A stretch of DNA of 29,616 nt from Bdellovibrionales bacterium (GTDB lineage: Bacteria > Bdellovibrionota > Bdellovibrionia > Bdellovibrionales > JAMPXM01), in the NCBI GenBank assembly GCA_035539835.1, contig DATLHP010000027.1, forward strand, positions 1 through 29,616. The letters run 5' to 3'. This document shows, in pieces, positions 7,072 through 17,862 of the stretch. The translations under genes and the position numbers were made by a program. The stretch's first letter is position 1, and each line of letters begins with the position of its first letter. The notes beneath the pieces are model-generated. The model saw only the letters and a list, made by a program, of their open reading frames with translations, was not told the DNA's origin and searched no databases.

Positions 7072-9732
7072 ATGAAAAAGCTGTATCTCGTCGATGTCAG
7101 CGGGATGATTTTCCGCGCCTTTTACGCCATCCGTCCGTTGACCAATCCGCAAGGTCTTCCGACCAACGCACTCTATGGTTTCCTGTCGATGACGGTAAAG
7201 CTGATGCGTGAAGTTCGCCCCGACTACATGGCGTTTTGTTTTGATCGATCTGAAGACACATTCAGAAAAGAAATCGATCCTCGTTACAAAGCTCATCGCA
7301 AAGAAATGCCTGAAGAGCTACGTCCGCAAATGCCGTATTTCCGCAAGATGGGTGAGGCGCTCGGCATCCCATGTCTCGACGCCGCTGGTTTCGAAGCCGA
7401 TGACATCATTGGAACGCTATCTAAAATCGGTCGCGATCACGGTCTCGAAGTCGTCATCGTCAGCGGTGACAAAGATTTCGCGCAACTCGTGAAGCCACAT
7501 CTCACGATGTACGACACGATGAAAGACGTTCGCTATGACGATGCGGGCGTTCTCGAAAAGTGGGGAGTGCCCCCGCGACAGATGATCGACTTCCTCTCGA
7601 TCGTCGGTGATTCAAGCGACAATATTCCGGGAATCAAGGGCATCGGTCCCAAGGGCGCTCAAGCGCTGCTTTCGGAGTACGACACACTCGAGGGAATCTA
7701 CGAAAATCTCGACAAGATCAAAAGTGCATCGACCAAAAAGAAACTCGAAGAGGGAAGAGACGAAGCCGTTCTTTCGAAGCGCCTCGTAACGATCGTTTGC
7801 GATATGCCTCTTGGTGTTCAGCCCGAAGATTTGCGCTTGAAGCAAGTTCTTCGGGATGATCTCGCGGCGCTTTTGACAGAACTCGATTTCAAGGGCTTTG
7901 CGAAAACGCTGCTTGGAGAAACTCCGGCCGCGGCCCCCGTTTCCGAGCAGTCGACGGTGGCCGCTGAAGCATCGGCTGTCGCGAAGACGGTCGTTGATTC
8001 TCTGGGGCCCGATCATTCGCCCAACGGCGGAATGTCGCGGTTCGTTCGACCGGCGCCAGCGCAACCAGCGCCCGAGCGTATGACATTCAACACGGGGACA
8101 ATTCGTGAAGATCGGATGGACCTCGCTGCTCTCGCAAAATGGCTGAAGCCTGAGACGGAAACTTGGGCTTTGCAGACTGAACGTGGGGCTTATCTTGCAC
8201 AGAGTTCTGGAGATGGATGGACGATCGCCGAAGTCGCAAGTCATGGACCTGAGCTCAACGCTTTATTGAATGAAAAGCATCTTATCTACAAAGGTTTCGA
8301 TATCAAGGCGTTCTCGAAGAATCATCTGATCGATTCGCCTCAAGTGGCGTGGGATCAGATGTTGGCAGCCTACGTGATTCGCGCCGATAAGATCGAAACG
8401 CCGCATCCATTGTTCACTTTGTACAATGGCGAATCGCTGGTCGAGCTGCCGAGCGCTACACAGCTTTTGACGGCGCATCTTCGACTCGAAAGTCAGCTTC
8501 GTAAGAAATTGCAAAGTATCGGCGGCGAAAAAGTTCTCTTTGAAATCGAGCAGCCTTTGGTTCCGCTTTTGGCAGCAATGGAACGAAAAGGAATCATGAT
8601 CGATAAAGCCATGCTGGCGAAACAATCCGAAGGATTGGCGCGTGACATGGCCGCTTTAGAAAAAGAAATTCACGCCGAGACCGGCGGTGTTTTCAATATC
8701 GGAAGCCCGAAGCAGCTCGCCCAGGTCCTCTTCGAGAAAATGAAGATGCCTCCGGGCAAGAAAACGAAGACGGGTTATTCGACCGATAACGACGTGCTCG
8801 AGAAGCTCGCGAAAGACTACCCAGTCACGGCGAAAGTTCTTCAGTGGCGAGAGCTCACGAAACTTCGGTCGACGTATGTCGAAGCGCTTCCGCAGCTTGC
8901 CGACAAAGAGACGAGCCGAGTACATACGACGTTCAATCAAGCATGGACGGCGACAGGCCGCTTGTCGTCGATGAATCCGAATCTGCAAAACATTCCAATT
9001 CGCACCGAACGCGGAAATGAAATTCGAAAAGCTTTCGTTGCGGCGCCCGGCAAAGAATTCGTTTCGGCTGACTACAGTCAGATCGAATTGCGAATTCTCG
9101 CTCACGTTGCCAATGACGAAGGCTTACAGCGTGCGTTTGCCAACGATGTCGATATTCACACGGCGACGGCGAGCGAGGTTTTCGGCGTGAAGCTCGCTGA
9201 CGTCACTCCGGATATGCGAAGAAAAGCAAAAGCCATCAATTTCGGCCTCGCTTACGGCCAAGGCGCGTTCGGCCTCGCCGAGTCGCTTCGAATTCCACGC
9301 GGAGAAGCGACCGAGATCATCAATCGCTATTTCGCAAAATTCTCTGGCGTTAAGTCGTACATGACCGATGTTGTCGAAGAAGCAAAGAAGAAAGGCTACG
9401 TCGAAACAGTCTTGGGCCGCCGCCGTTATCTCGATGAACTCTTCAGTAAGAGTCCGATGATCAAGAAATTCGGCGAGCGTGCTGCGATCAATGCTCCGAT
9501 CCAAGGAACGGCGAGTGATCTCGTAAAATTGGCAATGATCGCGGTCGGCAAAAAGCACGGCCACGAAATGCTTTTGCAAGTGCACGACGAATTGATCTTC
9601 GAAGTCGACAAAGGCAGAGGATCAAAGGAATGCGGCGAGATCGCCTCCGAAATGGAAAGCGTCGCGCAACTCAAGGTTCCACTGAAGGTGAATACTGGCG
9701 TCGGTCCGAATTGGGATGAGGCGCACTCTTAG
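7072..9732 (+). CDS. polA: DNA polymerase I (5'-3' exonuclease, degenerate 3'-5' exo domain, family A polymerase)
   Basis: LYLVDVS, FEADDIIGT, VSGDKD, GDSSDNIPGIKGIGPK; TATGRLSSMNPNLQNIP; motif A ADYSQIELR, motif B KAINFGLAYG, motif C LLQVHDELIFE. Confidence 0.99.
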   Translation: MKKLYLVDVSGMIFRAFYAIRPLTNPQGLPTNALYGFLSMTVKLMREVRPDYMAFCFDRSEDTFRKEIDPRYKAHRKEMPEELRPQMPYFRKMGEALGIPCLDAAGFEADDIIGTLSKIGRDHGLEVVIVSGDKDFAQLVKPHLTMYDTMKDVRYDDAGVLEKWGVPPRQMIDFLSIVGDSSDNIPGIKGIGPKGAQALLSEYDTLEGIYENLDKIKSASTKKKLEEGRDEAVLSKRLVTIVCDMPLGVQPEDLRLKQVLRDDLAALLTELDFKGFAKTLLGETPAAAPVSEQSTVAAEASAVAKTVVDSLGPDHSPNGGMSRFVRPAPAQPAPERMTFNTGTIREDRMDLAALAKWLKPETETWALQTERGAYLAQSSGDGWTIAEVASHGPELNALLNEKHLIYKGFDIKAFSKNHLIDSPQVAWDQMLAAYVIRADKIETPHPLFTLYNGESLVELPSATQLLTAHLRLESQLRKKLQSIGGEKVLFEIEQPLVPLLAAMERKGIMIDKAMLAKQSEGLARDMAALEKEIHAETGGVFNIGSPKQLAQVLFEKMKMPPGKKTKTGYSTDNDVLEKLAKDYPVTAKVLQWRELTKLRSTYVEALPQLADKETSRVHTTFNQAWTATGRLSSMNPNLQNIPIRTERGNEIRKAFVAAPGKEFVSADYSQIELRILAHVANDEGLQRAFANDVDIHTATASEVFGVKLADVTPDMRRKAKAINFGLAYGQGAFGLAESLRIPRGEATEIINRYFAKFSGVKSYMTDVVEEAKKKGYVETVLGRRRYLDELFSKSPMIKKFGERAAINAPIQGTASDLVKLAMIAVGKKHGHEMLLQVHDELIFEVDKGRGSKECGEIASEMESVAQLKVPLKVNTGVGPNWDEAHS

Positions 9733-10298
9733 TTGGAGTTCCAGCCGACGACGCGACCTGATTCGAAATAGACCATGCGTTTTTGCGCGCGGAAGCCTTC
9801 TTCTGACGAAACTTCTTCGTTATAGAGCCAGCGTTCATTCCCGTAGAGCGGGTTGCCTGCGACTTCGACGAGTTCTGGCTCTCCCCAAGAATCCCGCACG
9901 GCTTGTTTCGTCATTCCAAGAGTGATGTCGTTGACGTCGATCAATGCCTGAATTGGGTCGGGGTGTGGAGTTGCATTGCCGTCGATGCCACGCTGATCCA
10001 GATATCCTGCACGCGCTTCGAAAGAATCCATGGTCAAAAACTCTACGCGTTCGCGGTCGTTCGCCAAATAGGGTCGGTTTTTATAATACTGTTCGCGCTC
10101 GTATTGTCCGGTGAGGTTTTTTTCGGCTCGATCAAGGGCCGACAGGCGTGGGCGTTCGTCTCGACGGACGTCCTGATTCCAGTCACTATTCTCGTATCCG
10201 CTCTGATGCGAGCGACGTAAATGAGCACAGCCTGCCGAGATAAGACATACTAGTAAAGACAGGGCTACTGTGCGAGCGAGAGACGAAGTCCGTTTCAT
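9729..10298 (-). CDS. Lipoprotein with C-terminal SmpA/OmlA (BamE)-like domain
   Basis: GGAGGAG RBS, lipobox ISAG-C, and ITLGMTKQAVRDSWGEP...ERWLY...VYFESGRV. Confidence 0.85.
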   Translation of the reverse strand: MKRTSSLARTVALSLLVCLISAGCAHLRRSHQSGYENSDWNQDVRRDERPRLSALDRAEKNLTGQYEREQYYKNRPYLANDRERVEFLTMDSFEARAGYLDQRGIDGNATPHPDPIQALIDVNDITLGMTKQAVRDSWGEPELVEVAGNPLYGNERWLYNEEVSSEEGFRAQKRMVYFESGRVVGWNSN

Positions 10299-10334
10299 AA
10301 CTCCTCCGTGTCTCTGATCGGTACGATTTCAACT

Positions 10335-10363
10335 TTGATCAACGCGACTGACGTCAGTATCTT
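10335..10363 (+). promoter_or_regulatory. Candidate sigma70 promoter giving a leaderless fliL mRNA; spacer holds a 12-bp palindrome
   Basis: TTGATC(10335)-N17-TATCTT(10358)-N6-ATG(10370). ACTGACGTCAGT at 10347-10358. Confidence 0.5.
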
Positions 10364-10369
10364 GGGACT

Positions 10370-11443
10370 ATGGCGGATAACGAAAACGCTGAAGGACAAG
10401 CAAAACCCTCCGACGAGATTATCGCCCTCGATAAACTCGTTTCCGTTGAGCCTCCGCCGGCAAAGAGTTCTGTTGCGGGCGCTCCCGTTCCTCCGCCAAA
10501 AGCGGAAGCAAAACCGCCACCAGCCGGCGCATCCGCTGCGCCGCCAGCTTCGTCAGGGGACTTTGATGAGCTCGATAGGCTTCTCGCCATCGAAGATCCG
10601 ACATTCACCGATAGTCTAAAAGAACTCGCGGAACTCACGCCCAACGAACACGAGGTCGGAATCGATTCTGATCTCGAAGCGGTTCTCAAGCGAGAACGTC
10701 TTGAAGCAGGAGCCAAAGGGCCAAAGAAAATTTGGCTTGCGGTCGTCATTCGCCCGATGCGTCGCCTGGGTGGAGTTTTACGCGGCTGGAAGACAGCATT
10801 CGTCGCAATGAAAGCGAACGCCGTGCCCGCCCTCAAGACGGGTGCGATCGCAGGCTTTACAAAACTCAAGCAAGGTGCGCAGGTCGTTCTTGGTGCAATC
10901 AAGAGTACATTCAAGGCGTTTGCAGATCTTCCGCGCTCTTCCAAGCTTCTCGTCTTTGCCGTGGCCATTCTTGCGGGCTTGAGTGCTGCGGTCGGAGTCA
11001 TCACTTTCGAAAGAAGATTGCTCCCATCATTTCAAACGGACTACATGACGTCGGTCTCTCAGATTGCAGACGCCGAATACGCGATCGCAGAAGATGAAAC
11101 TTGGCAGAATCTCAACGACCCGTTTTTACATCCCGAACACATCGTCATGATCGAAAGAATCGTTGCGAATTTAAGACGAAATTCACCGTCGCCGAATCCG
11201 ATGACGATGATGGAACTTTACATTGAAACGAGCAGTCAGGACGCTGCGATCGAACTGCGGGATCGAGAGGGCGAAGCACGCGATGTGATCGGCCGCACGC
11301 TGAATCGAATGCCATATGACGAACTCACGTCGGCTGCGGGTAAGAACAAACTGAAGGTCTTTCTTAGACAAGACCTCAATTCGATCATGACCAAGGGACG
11401 CATCCGACGCGTCTTCTTTAAATCCCTGATTCTGAAACCGTAA
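10370..11443 (+). CDS. fliL: FliL-family membrane protein with long N-terminal extension
   Basis: One TM (LLVFAVAILAGLSAAVGVITF). The C-terminus ELRDREGEARDVIGRTL...LTSAAGKNKLK...LNSIMTKGRIRRVFFKSLILKP fits FliL. Confidence 0.82.
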   Translation: MADNENAEGQAKPSDEIIALDKLVSVEPPPAKSSVAGAPVPPPKAEAKPPPAGASAAPPASSGDFDELDRLLAIEDPTFTDSLKELAELTPNEHEVGIDSDLEAVLKRERLEAGAKGPKKIWLAVVIRPMRRLGGVLRGWKTAFVAMKANAVPALKTGAIAGFTKLKQGAQVVLGAIKSTFKAFADLPRSSKLLVFAVAILAGLSAAVGVITFERRLLPSFQTDYMTSVSQIADAEYAIAEDETWQNLNDPFLHPEHIVMIERIVANLRRNSPSPNPMTMMELYIETSSQDAAIELRDREGEARDVIGRTLNRMPYDELTSAAGKNKLKVFLRQDLNSIMTKGRIRRVFFKSLILKP

Positions 11444-12743
11444 TCTCATTTTCTATGTCGGCATCTGAAAACTTTTTTATGTCGATTGAGTAAGCCTTGA
11501 TACGATCGTGCAGAGTACTTTTCGGCATTCCAAGATCCAGCGCGGTTCGTCTTTGATTTCCGCGATTCGCTGTCAAACGTCGAATGATCATCTCGCGCTC
11601 GATCTCTTTGATGATCGATCCTTGAGGAGAAAGAGCTCCCTTCTCGTGAACGAATTGAACTTCGGGGCCGGCCCCATGCAGAGGTTCAAGAATTCTCTCG
11701 AGATCCTCTGGCTGAATATGTCTTCCCGGGTAATAAGCCGAAGCACGTGCGACGACGTTTTTGAGTTCGCGCACGTTGCCGTTCCAAGGCTGTTGTTTCA
11801 ATGCTTCGATCGCGTTGAATGAGAAACGAACGCGATGTTGCTTTGCGAATGTATAAAGAAGGTCATCAAAATCCTCCATTCGTTCATTGAGTGAAGGTGG
11901 ACGAATTTGGCAGACGTTCAGACGATAAAACAAGTCTTCGCGAAATTTTCCGAGGCGAATGGCGTTGATGAGATTTTTGTGAGTCGCTGCCAGGATTCGT
12001 ACATCTGTTTCGATCGCACGATCACTTCCCACCGGACGAATTTCACTGTTCTCGATGGCGCGAAGAAGTTTTGGCTGCAGCGAGATCGGCAAATCGCCAA
12101 TCTCATCGAGAAACAGGGTGCCTCCACGAGCTGTTTCGAATGCGCCTTTGCGGTCATGAGTCGCCCCGGTGAAGCTCCCGCGAACATGGCCGAAGAGTTC
12201 GCTTTCAATCAGGCTTTCACTCAAGGCACTGCAGTTGATACTGACGAAAGGTCCGCGACCTCGGGTCGAATGACGATGAATCGCTCGCGCTAAGACTTCT
12301 TTTCCAGTACCGGATGCACCAGAGATCATGATCGGAAAATCCGTGGCAGCAAAGGCAGGAAGTCGCCGGAGCTGCTCATTCCACTCTTCGTTTTTCGAAC
12401 TCAGCTGCGCCTCATCCGCAAGACTCTCCGAGAACACGTAGACCGTTTCACCAAAACAGACGCGATCATTGGCCGTCAATATTGCCTCGGTTATGCGTGA
12501 ACCATTCAAGAAAGTTCCATTTCGGCTTTGAAGGTCTCTGAGAATGAAATGACCTGCTCGACGCTCGATTCGGGCATGGCGGGTTGAGACGAAGCTGTCT
12601 GTGAGAACCAGGTGGTTTGAAGGCTCTCGGCCGATCGTAAAGAATTCGCCGAGTTCGAAAGTGGCGCCGCCCGGGCGGCTGACCGGAATGAGATAGGCTT
12701 CGGTCATCAAGAGTTCGTTTTCGCTGATTCGCTGGGTTTCCAT
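11418..12743 (-). CDS. Sigma54-dependent enhancer-binding protein with N-terminal FHA domain and Fis-type HTH
   Basis: FHA: IGR...VSTRH...DLQSRNGT. AAA+: GASGTGKE, ESELFGHVRGSFTGA, LFLDEIGD, FREDLFYRL, WNGNVRELKN. HTH: NQRRTALDLGMPKSTLHDRIK. Start moved to ATG 12743 (AAAGGGAG RBS). Confidence 0.96.
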   Translation of the reverse strand: METQRISENELLMTEAYLIPVSRPGGATFELGEFFTIGREPSNHLVLTDSFVSTRHARIERRAGHFILRDLQSRNGTFLNGSRITEAILTANDRVCFGETVYVFSESLADEAQLSSKNEEWNEQLRRLPAFAATDFPIMISGASGTGKEVLARAIHRHSTRGRGPFVSINCSALSESLIESELFGHVRGSFTGATHDRKGAFETARGGTLFLDEIGDLPISLQPKLLRAIENSEIRPVGSDRAIETDVRILAATHKNLINAIRLGKFREDLFYRLNVCQIRPPSLNERMEDFDDLLYTFAKQHRVRFSFNAIEALKQQPWNGNVRELKNVVARASAYYPGRHIQPEDLERILEPLHGAGPEVQFVHEKGALSPQGSIIKEIEREMIIRRLTANRGNQRRTALDLGMPKSTLHDRIKAYSIDIKKFSDADIENEITVSESGI

Positions 12744-12945
12744 AATTTGCTCCCTTTTTTTCGATAGGTTCCGGCCGGAGCTCCTTTCAACGCCGATGCC
12801 GAAAAATAGGGCTGTGAAAGCCAATTGGTTCGAGACGGCGGCGATTTCGGTTCGGGATGTCCGAGGGGCGAATCCGGGATCCGGTTTGGCGGACTCAGAT
12901 AGAACCTAGGACTCCGCGTCGAGCGTACGAAACCACAATAACTCC

Positions 12946-13566
12946 GTGCTAAGACTGAACTTCGTGAACAGACCAAAAGCCTCTCGGAGTCCCCAACGTC
13001 TCAGTTTTCTGACCAGTGCGGCGGACTTGAATGGGTGCCCCAAAGACCGAATTCCAGAAATCGCTCTCGTCGGTCGTTCAAACGCCGGTAAATCGACTCT
13101 CATCAATGGCCTCGCTCAAGCTCGTATCGCGCAAGTGAGTTCGACTCCGGGAAAAACGCGTCTTCTGAATTTCTACACGTATCCGACGTACCGTTTGGTC
13201 GACATGCCGGGATACGGATTCGCAAAGCGATCGGGCGTTGAGCAAGCGGATTGGACGGCGATGGTCGAACGCTATCTCGCTGAGCGTGAAAACCTCGTCG
13301 GGCTCTTGCTGATCATGGATATTCGACGGGATTGGACCGAAGACGAAGACACGATCTTACGTTGGCTGAGTCCGCGCGAGCTTCCATCAGCAGTGATTGC
13401 GACGAAGGCAGACAAGCTCACGCGTAACGACATGTTGAATCGCAAGCGTTTGATTCAAAAACAGTCGTCGAACGAAGCTGTCCTGGTGACGTCTTCGCTC
13501 AACAAGACGGGATATCAAGAGGTCGAAGACTTCGTGTTCCAATCTTGGATTGAGGATCTGGGCTGA
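12946..13566 (+). CDS. engB: Ribosome biogenesis GTPase YihA/YsxC (EngB)
   Basis: PEIALVGRSNAGKSTLIN, VSSTPGKTR, LVDMPGYGFAK, ATKADK. The start could also be GTG 12964. Confidence 0.96.
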   Translation: MLRLNFVNRPKASRSPQRLSFLTSAADLNGCPKDRIPEIALVGRSNAGKSTLINGLAQARIAQVSSTPGKTRLLNFYTYPTYRLVDMPGYGFAKRSGVEQADWTAMVERYLAERENLVGLLLIMDIRRDWTEDEDTILRWLSPRELPSAVIATKADKLTRNDMLNRKRLIQKQSSNEAVLVTSSLNKTGYQEVEDFVFQSWIEDLG

Positions 13567-13744
13567 TGATCGGGATGACGATTGCTCTTTGTGCGCTTTT
13601 CTTTTTCGTTGTCGCACTCACGTTTAGAGCGTGGCTGCATCCGGAGTCGGCGAGCATGACGATGACGATTCTCGGAGTGGTCTTTTTTATTTCTTGTTTT
13701 GTACTCGGGGTTTATTTCTCGGTTCAGCGAATGAAGGGTGACGT

Positions 13745-13757
<13 letters not shown>
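13566..13757 (+). CDS. Small two-TM membrane protein (63 aa)
   Basis: Two long hydrophobic stretches separated by RAWLHPESAS. Its start overlaps the engB stop (TGATG) and its end overlaps the kdsB start. Confidence 0.65.
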
Positions 13758-16308
<2,551 letters not shown>

Positions 16309-16318
16309 GGAATTTGAA

Positions 16319-17296
16319 ATGGTTCGCGATCTCGAAGAAGCATCTCGTGTTTTAGAAATCGAAGCTCGCGCAATCGATTCGCTTCGCGCGCGTCTGGGTG
16401 ATGCGTTTATCAAAGCTGTGGATTTGCTCCATGCCTGCGAAGGCAAAGTCGTTATTACTGGGATGGGGAAGTCGGGTCATGTCGGTCGTAAGATCGCATC
16501 CACGATGTCGTCGACAGGAATGCCTGCGATTTTCATGCATCCAGCAGAGAGTTCGCACGGAGATCTCGGAGTTGTGAGTGCGAAAGACGTGTTGATCGCC
16601 ATCAGCTATGGCGGCGAAACTCCAGAGTTGCAGGATGTGTTGAAGTTCGCAGCGCGCAAAGGAATCCCATTGATCGCGATGACCGGAAAAGCGGGTAGCA
16701 CACTTGCGCGTACGGGCACTGTGTTCTTGGATGTCGGCGTTGAAGCGGAAGCTTGTCCGCTGGGTCTTGCGCCGACCGCAAGCTCGACGGCGACATTGGC
16801 GCTCGGCGATGCCTTGGCAATGTGTCTCTTGAAACGAAAAGGGTTCAAAGAGGAAGACTTCGCAGAATTCCATCCGGGAGGCAGTCTTGGCCGCAGACTA
16901 CTCACTCGAGTTGCAGACGTCATGCACACAGGCGATGGATTTCCAATGGTCACGCCCGAAACCGGAATGCGTGAAGTCTTGGCATTGATGACGAAGAAAG
17001 AGGTTCGCGGTGTGGCTGGTGTCGCGGATTCGTCGGGAGCCTTGGTGGGTGTCATCACTGACGGGGACCTGCGTCGTAGTCTGGACAAGAGTCAGAATCC
17101 GTTGAACGAGCGAGCAACAGACGTCATGTCGAAGAATCCAAAAACTGTCGATGCTGAGGAGCTTGCCGAAAAAGCTCTCTTCATGATGGAGCAGTTCTCG
17201 ATCCAAACACTTTTCGTTGTTCGTCGCTCGGAGCATCCGGCTCGTCCCGTCGGGCTTTTGCACCTACAAGATCTGTTGAAAGCGAAATTGCGATAA
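16319..17296 (+). CDS. kdsD: Arabinose-5-phosphate isomerase (KpsF/GutQ family, SIS plus 2 CBS)
   Basis: ITGMGKSGHVGRKIASTMSSTG, HPAESSHGDLG, EACPLGLAPTASST, FHPGGSLG, ITDGDLRR, LHLQDLL. Confidence 0.96.
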   Translation: MVRDLEEASRVLEIEARAIDSLRARLGDAFIKAVDLLHACEGKVVITGMGKSGHVGRKIASTMSSTGMPAIFMHPAESSHGDLGVVSAKDVLIAISYGGETPELQDVLKFAARKGIPLIAMTGKAGSTLARTGTVFLDVGVEAEACPLGLAPTASSTATLALGDALAMCLLKRKGFKEEDFAEFHPGGSLGRRLLTRVADVMHTGDGFPMVTPETGMREVLALMTKKEVRGVAGVADSSGALVGVITDGDLRRSLDKSQNPLNERATDVMSKNPKTVDAEELAEKALFMMEQFSIQTLFVVRRSEHPARPVGLLHLQDLLKAKLR

Positions 17297-17336
17297 AGTC
17301 GACCGGACCTTTCGTCGAGTGAGATGCGTCGCTAGC

Positions 17337-17366
17337 TTGCGGTGCTGATTCGAACTCTGTCACAAT
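17337..17366 (+). promoter_or_regulatory. Candidate internal promoter (extended -10) in front of the kdsC-like gene
   Basis: TTGCGG(17337)-N18 with TGt-CACAAT (17358-17366), 7 nt before ATG 17374. No SD in the 74-nt gap. Confidence 0.35.
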
Positions 17367-17370
17367 CCGA

Positions 17371-17862
17371 ATGATGACAGAAAAGTCGCCAGTGAATCGC
17401 ATTCCGAAATTGAAGGCCGTCGTGTTTGATGTCGACGGTGTTTTCACCCATGATCAGTCACGCCACGTTTTCAGCGTGCGCGACACTATGGCCATTCGGA
17501 CAATGAGAAAAGCTGGTTATAAAATTGGCGTCCTAACGACGACGCGTTCGCTTGAGATTCGAACTCATGTTGAGTTCGTCGGGATCGACGCCTTTTCGGT
17601 TTCAGCAGACAAATCCAGAGCACTCGCCGAAATGCTTTCGAAGTTTGGCGTCGACTCCAACGAGGCGTGTTTCGTCAGCCGCGATCGCAATGACATCGAA
17701 CTCATTCGCGGAGTCGGCTTTGGAGTCGCTCTCGTTACTTCTGACCAAGAAACACAACAAGCAGCCCGATTTGTCACCTCAAAGCCTGGCGGCGACGGTG
17801 CAATCTTTGAAATCTGCAATTTGATTCTCACGCACAAGAACATCCGGGAGATGCAGCTATGA
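17371..17862 (+). CDS. kdsC: KdsC-like (KDO-8-phosphate phosphatase, HAD) protein with degenerate active-site motifs
   Basis: FDVDGVFT, FSVRD, DK and GGDGAIFEICNLIL, plus position after kdsD. Motif IV reads SRDRND instead of GDDxxD. Confidence 0.75.
   Translation: MMTEKSPVNRIPKLKAVVFDVDGVFTHDQSRHVFSVRDTMAIRTMRKAGYKIGVLTTTRSLEIRTHVEFVGIDAFSVSADKSRALAEMLSKFGVDSNEACFVSRDRNDIELIRGVGFGVALVTSDQETQQAARFVTSKPGGDGAIFEICNLILTHKNIREMQL

Noticed and set aside
6511-7296. 261-aa antisense ORF spanning ftsB, the HTH gene and the polA start
   Set aside because: No RBS or motif, and it lies opposite three well-supported genes. Treated as a shadow ORF.
10354-11004. 216-aa antisense ORF inside fliL (likewise 7612..8244 in polA)
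   Set aside because: Shadow frames expected from GC-rich codon bias, with no protein-like features.
12827-12890. GGTTCGA T-loop-like motif suggesting a tRNA
   Set aside because: No cloverleaf, acceptor stem or D-arm can be built on either strand.
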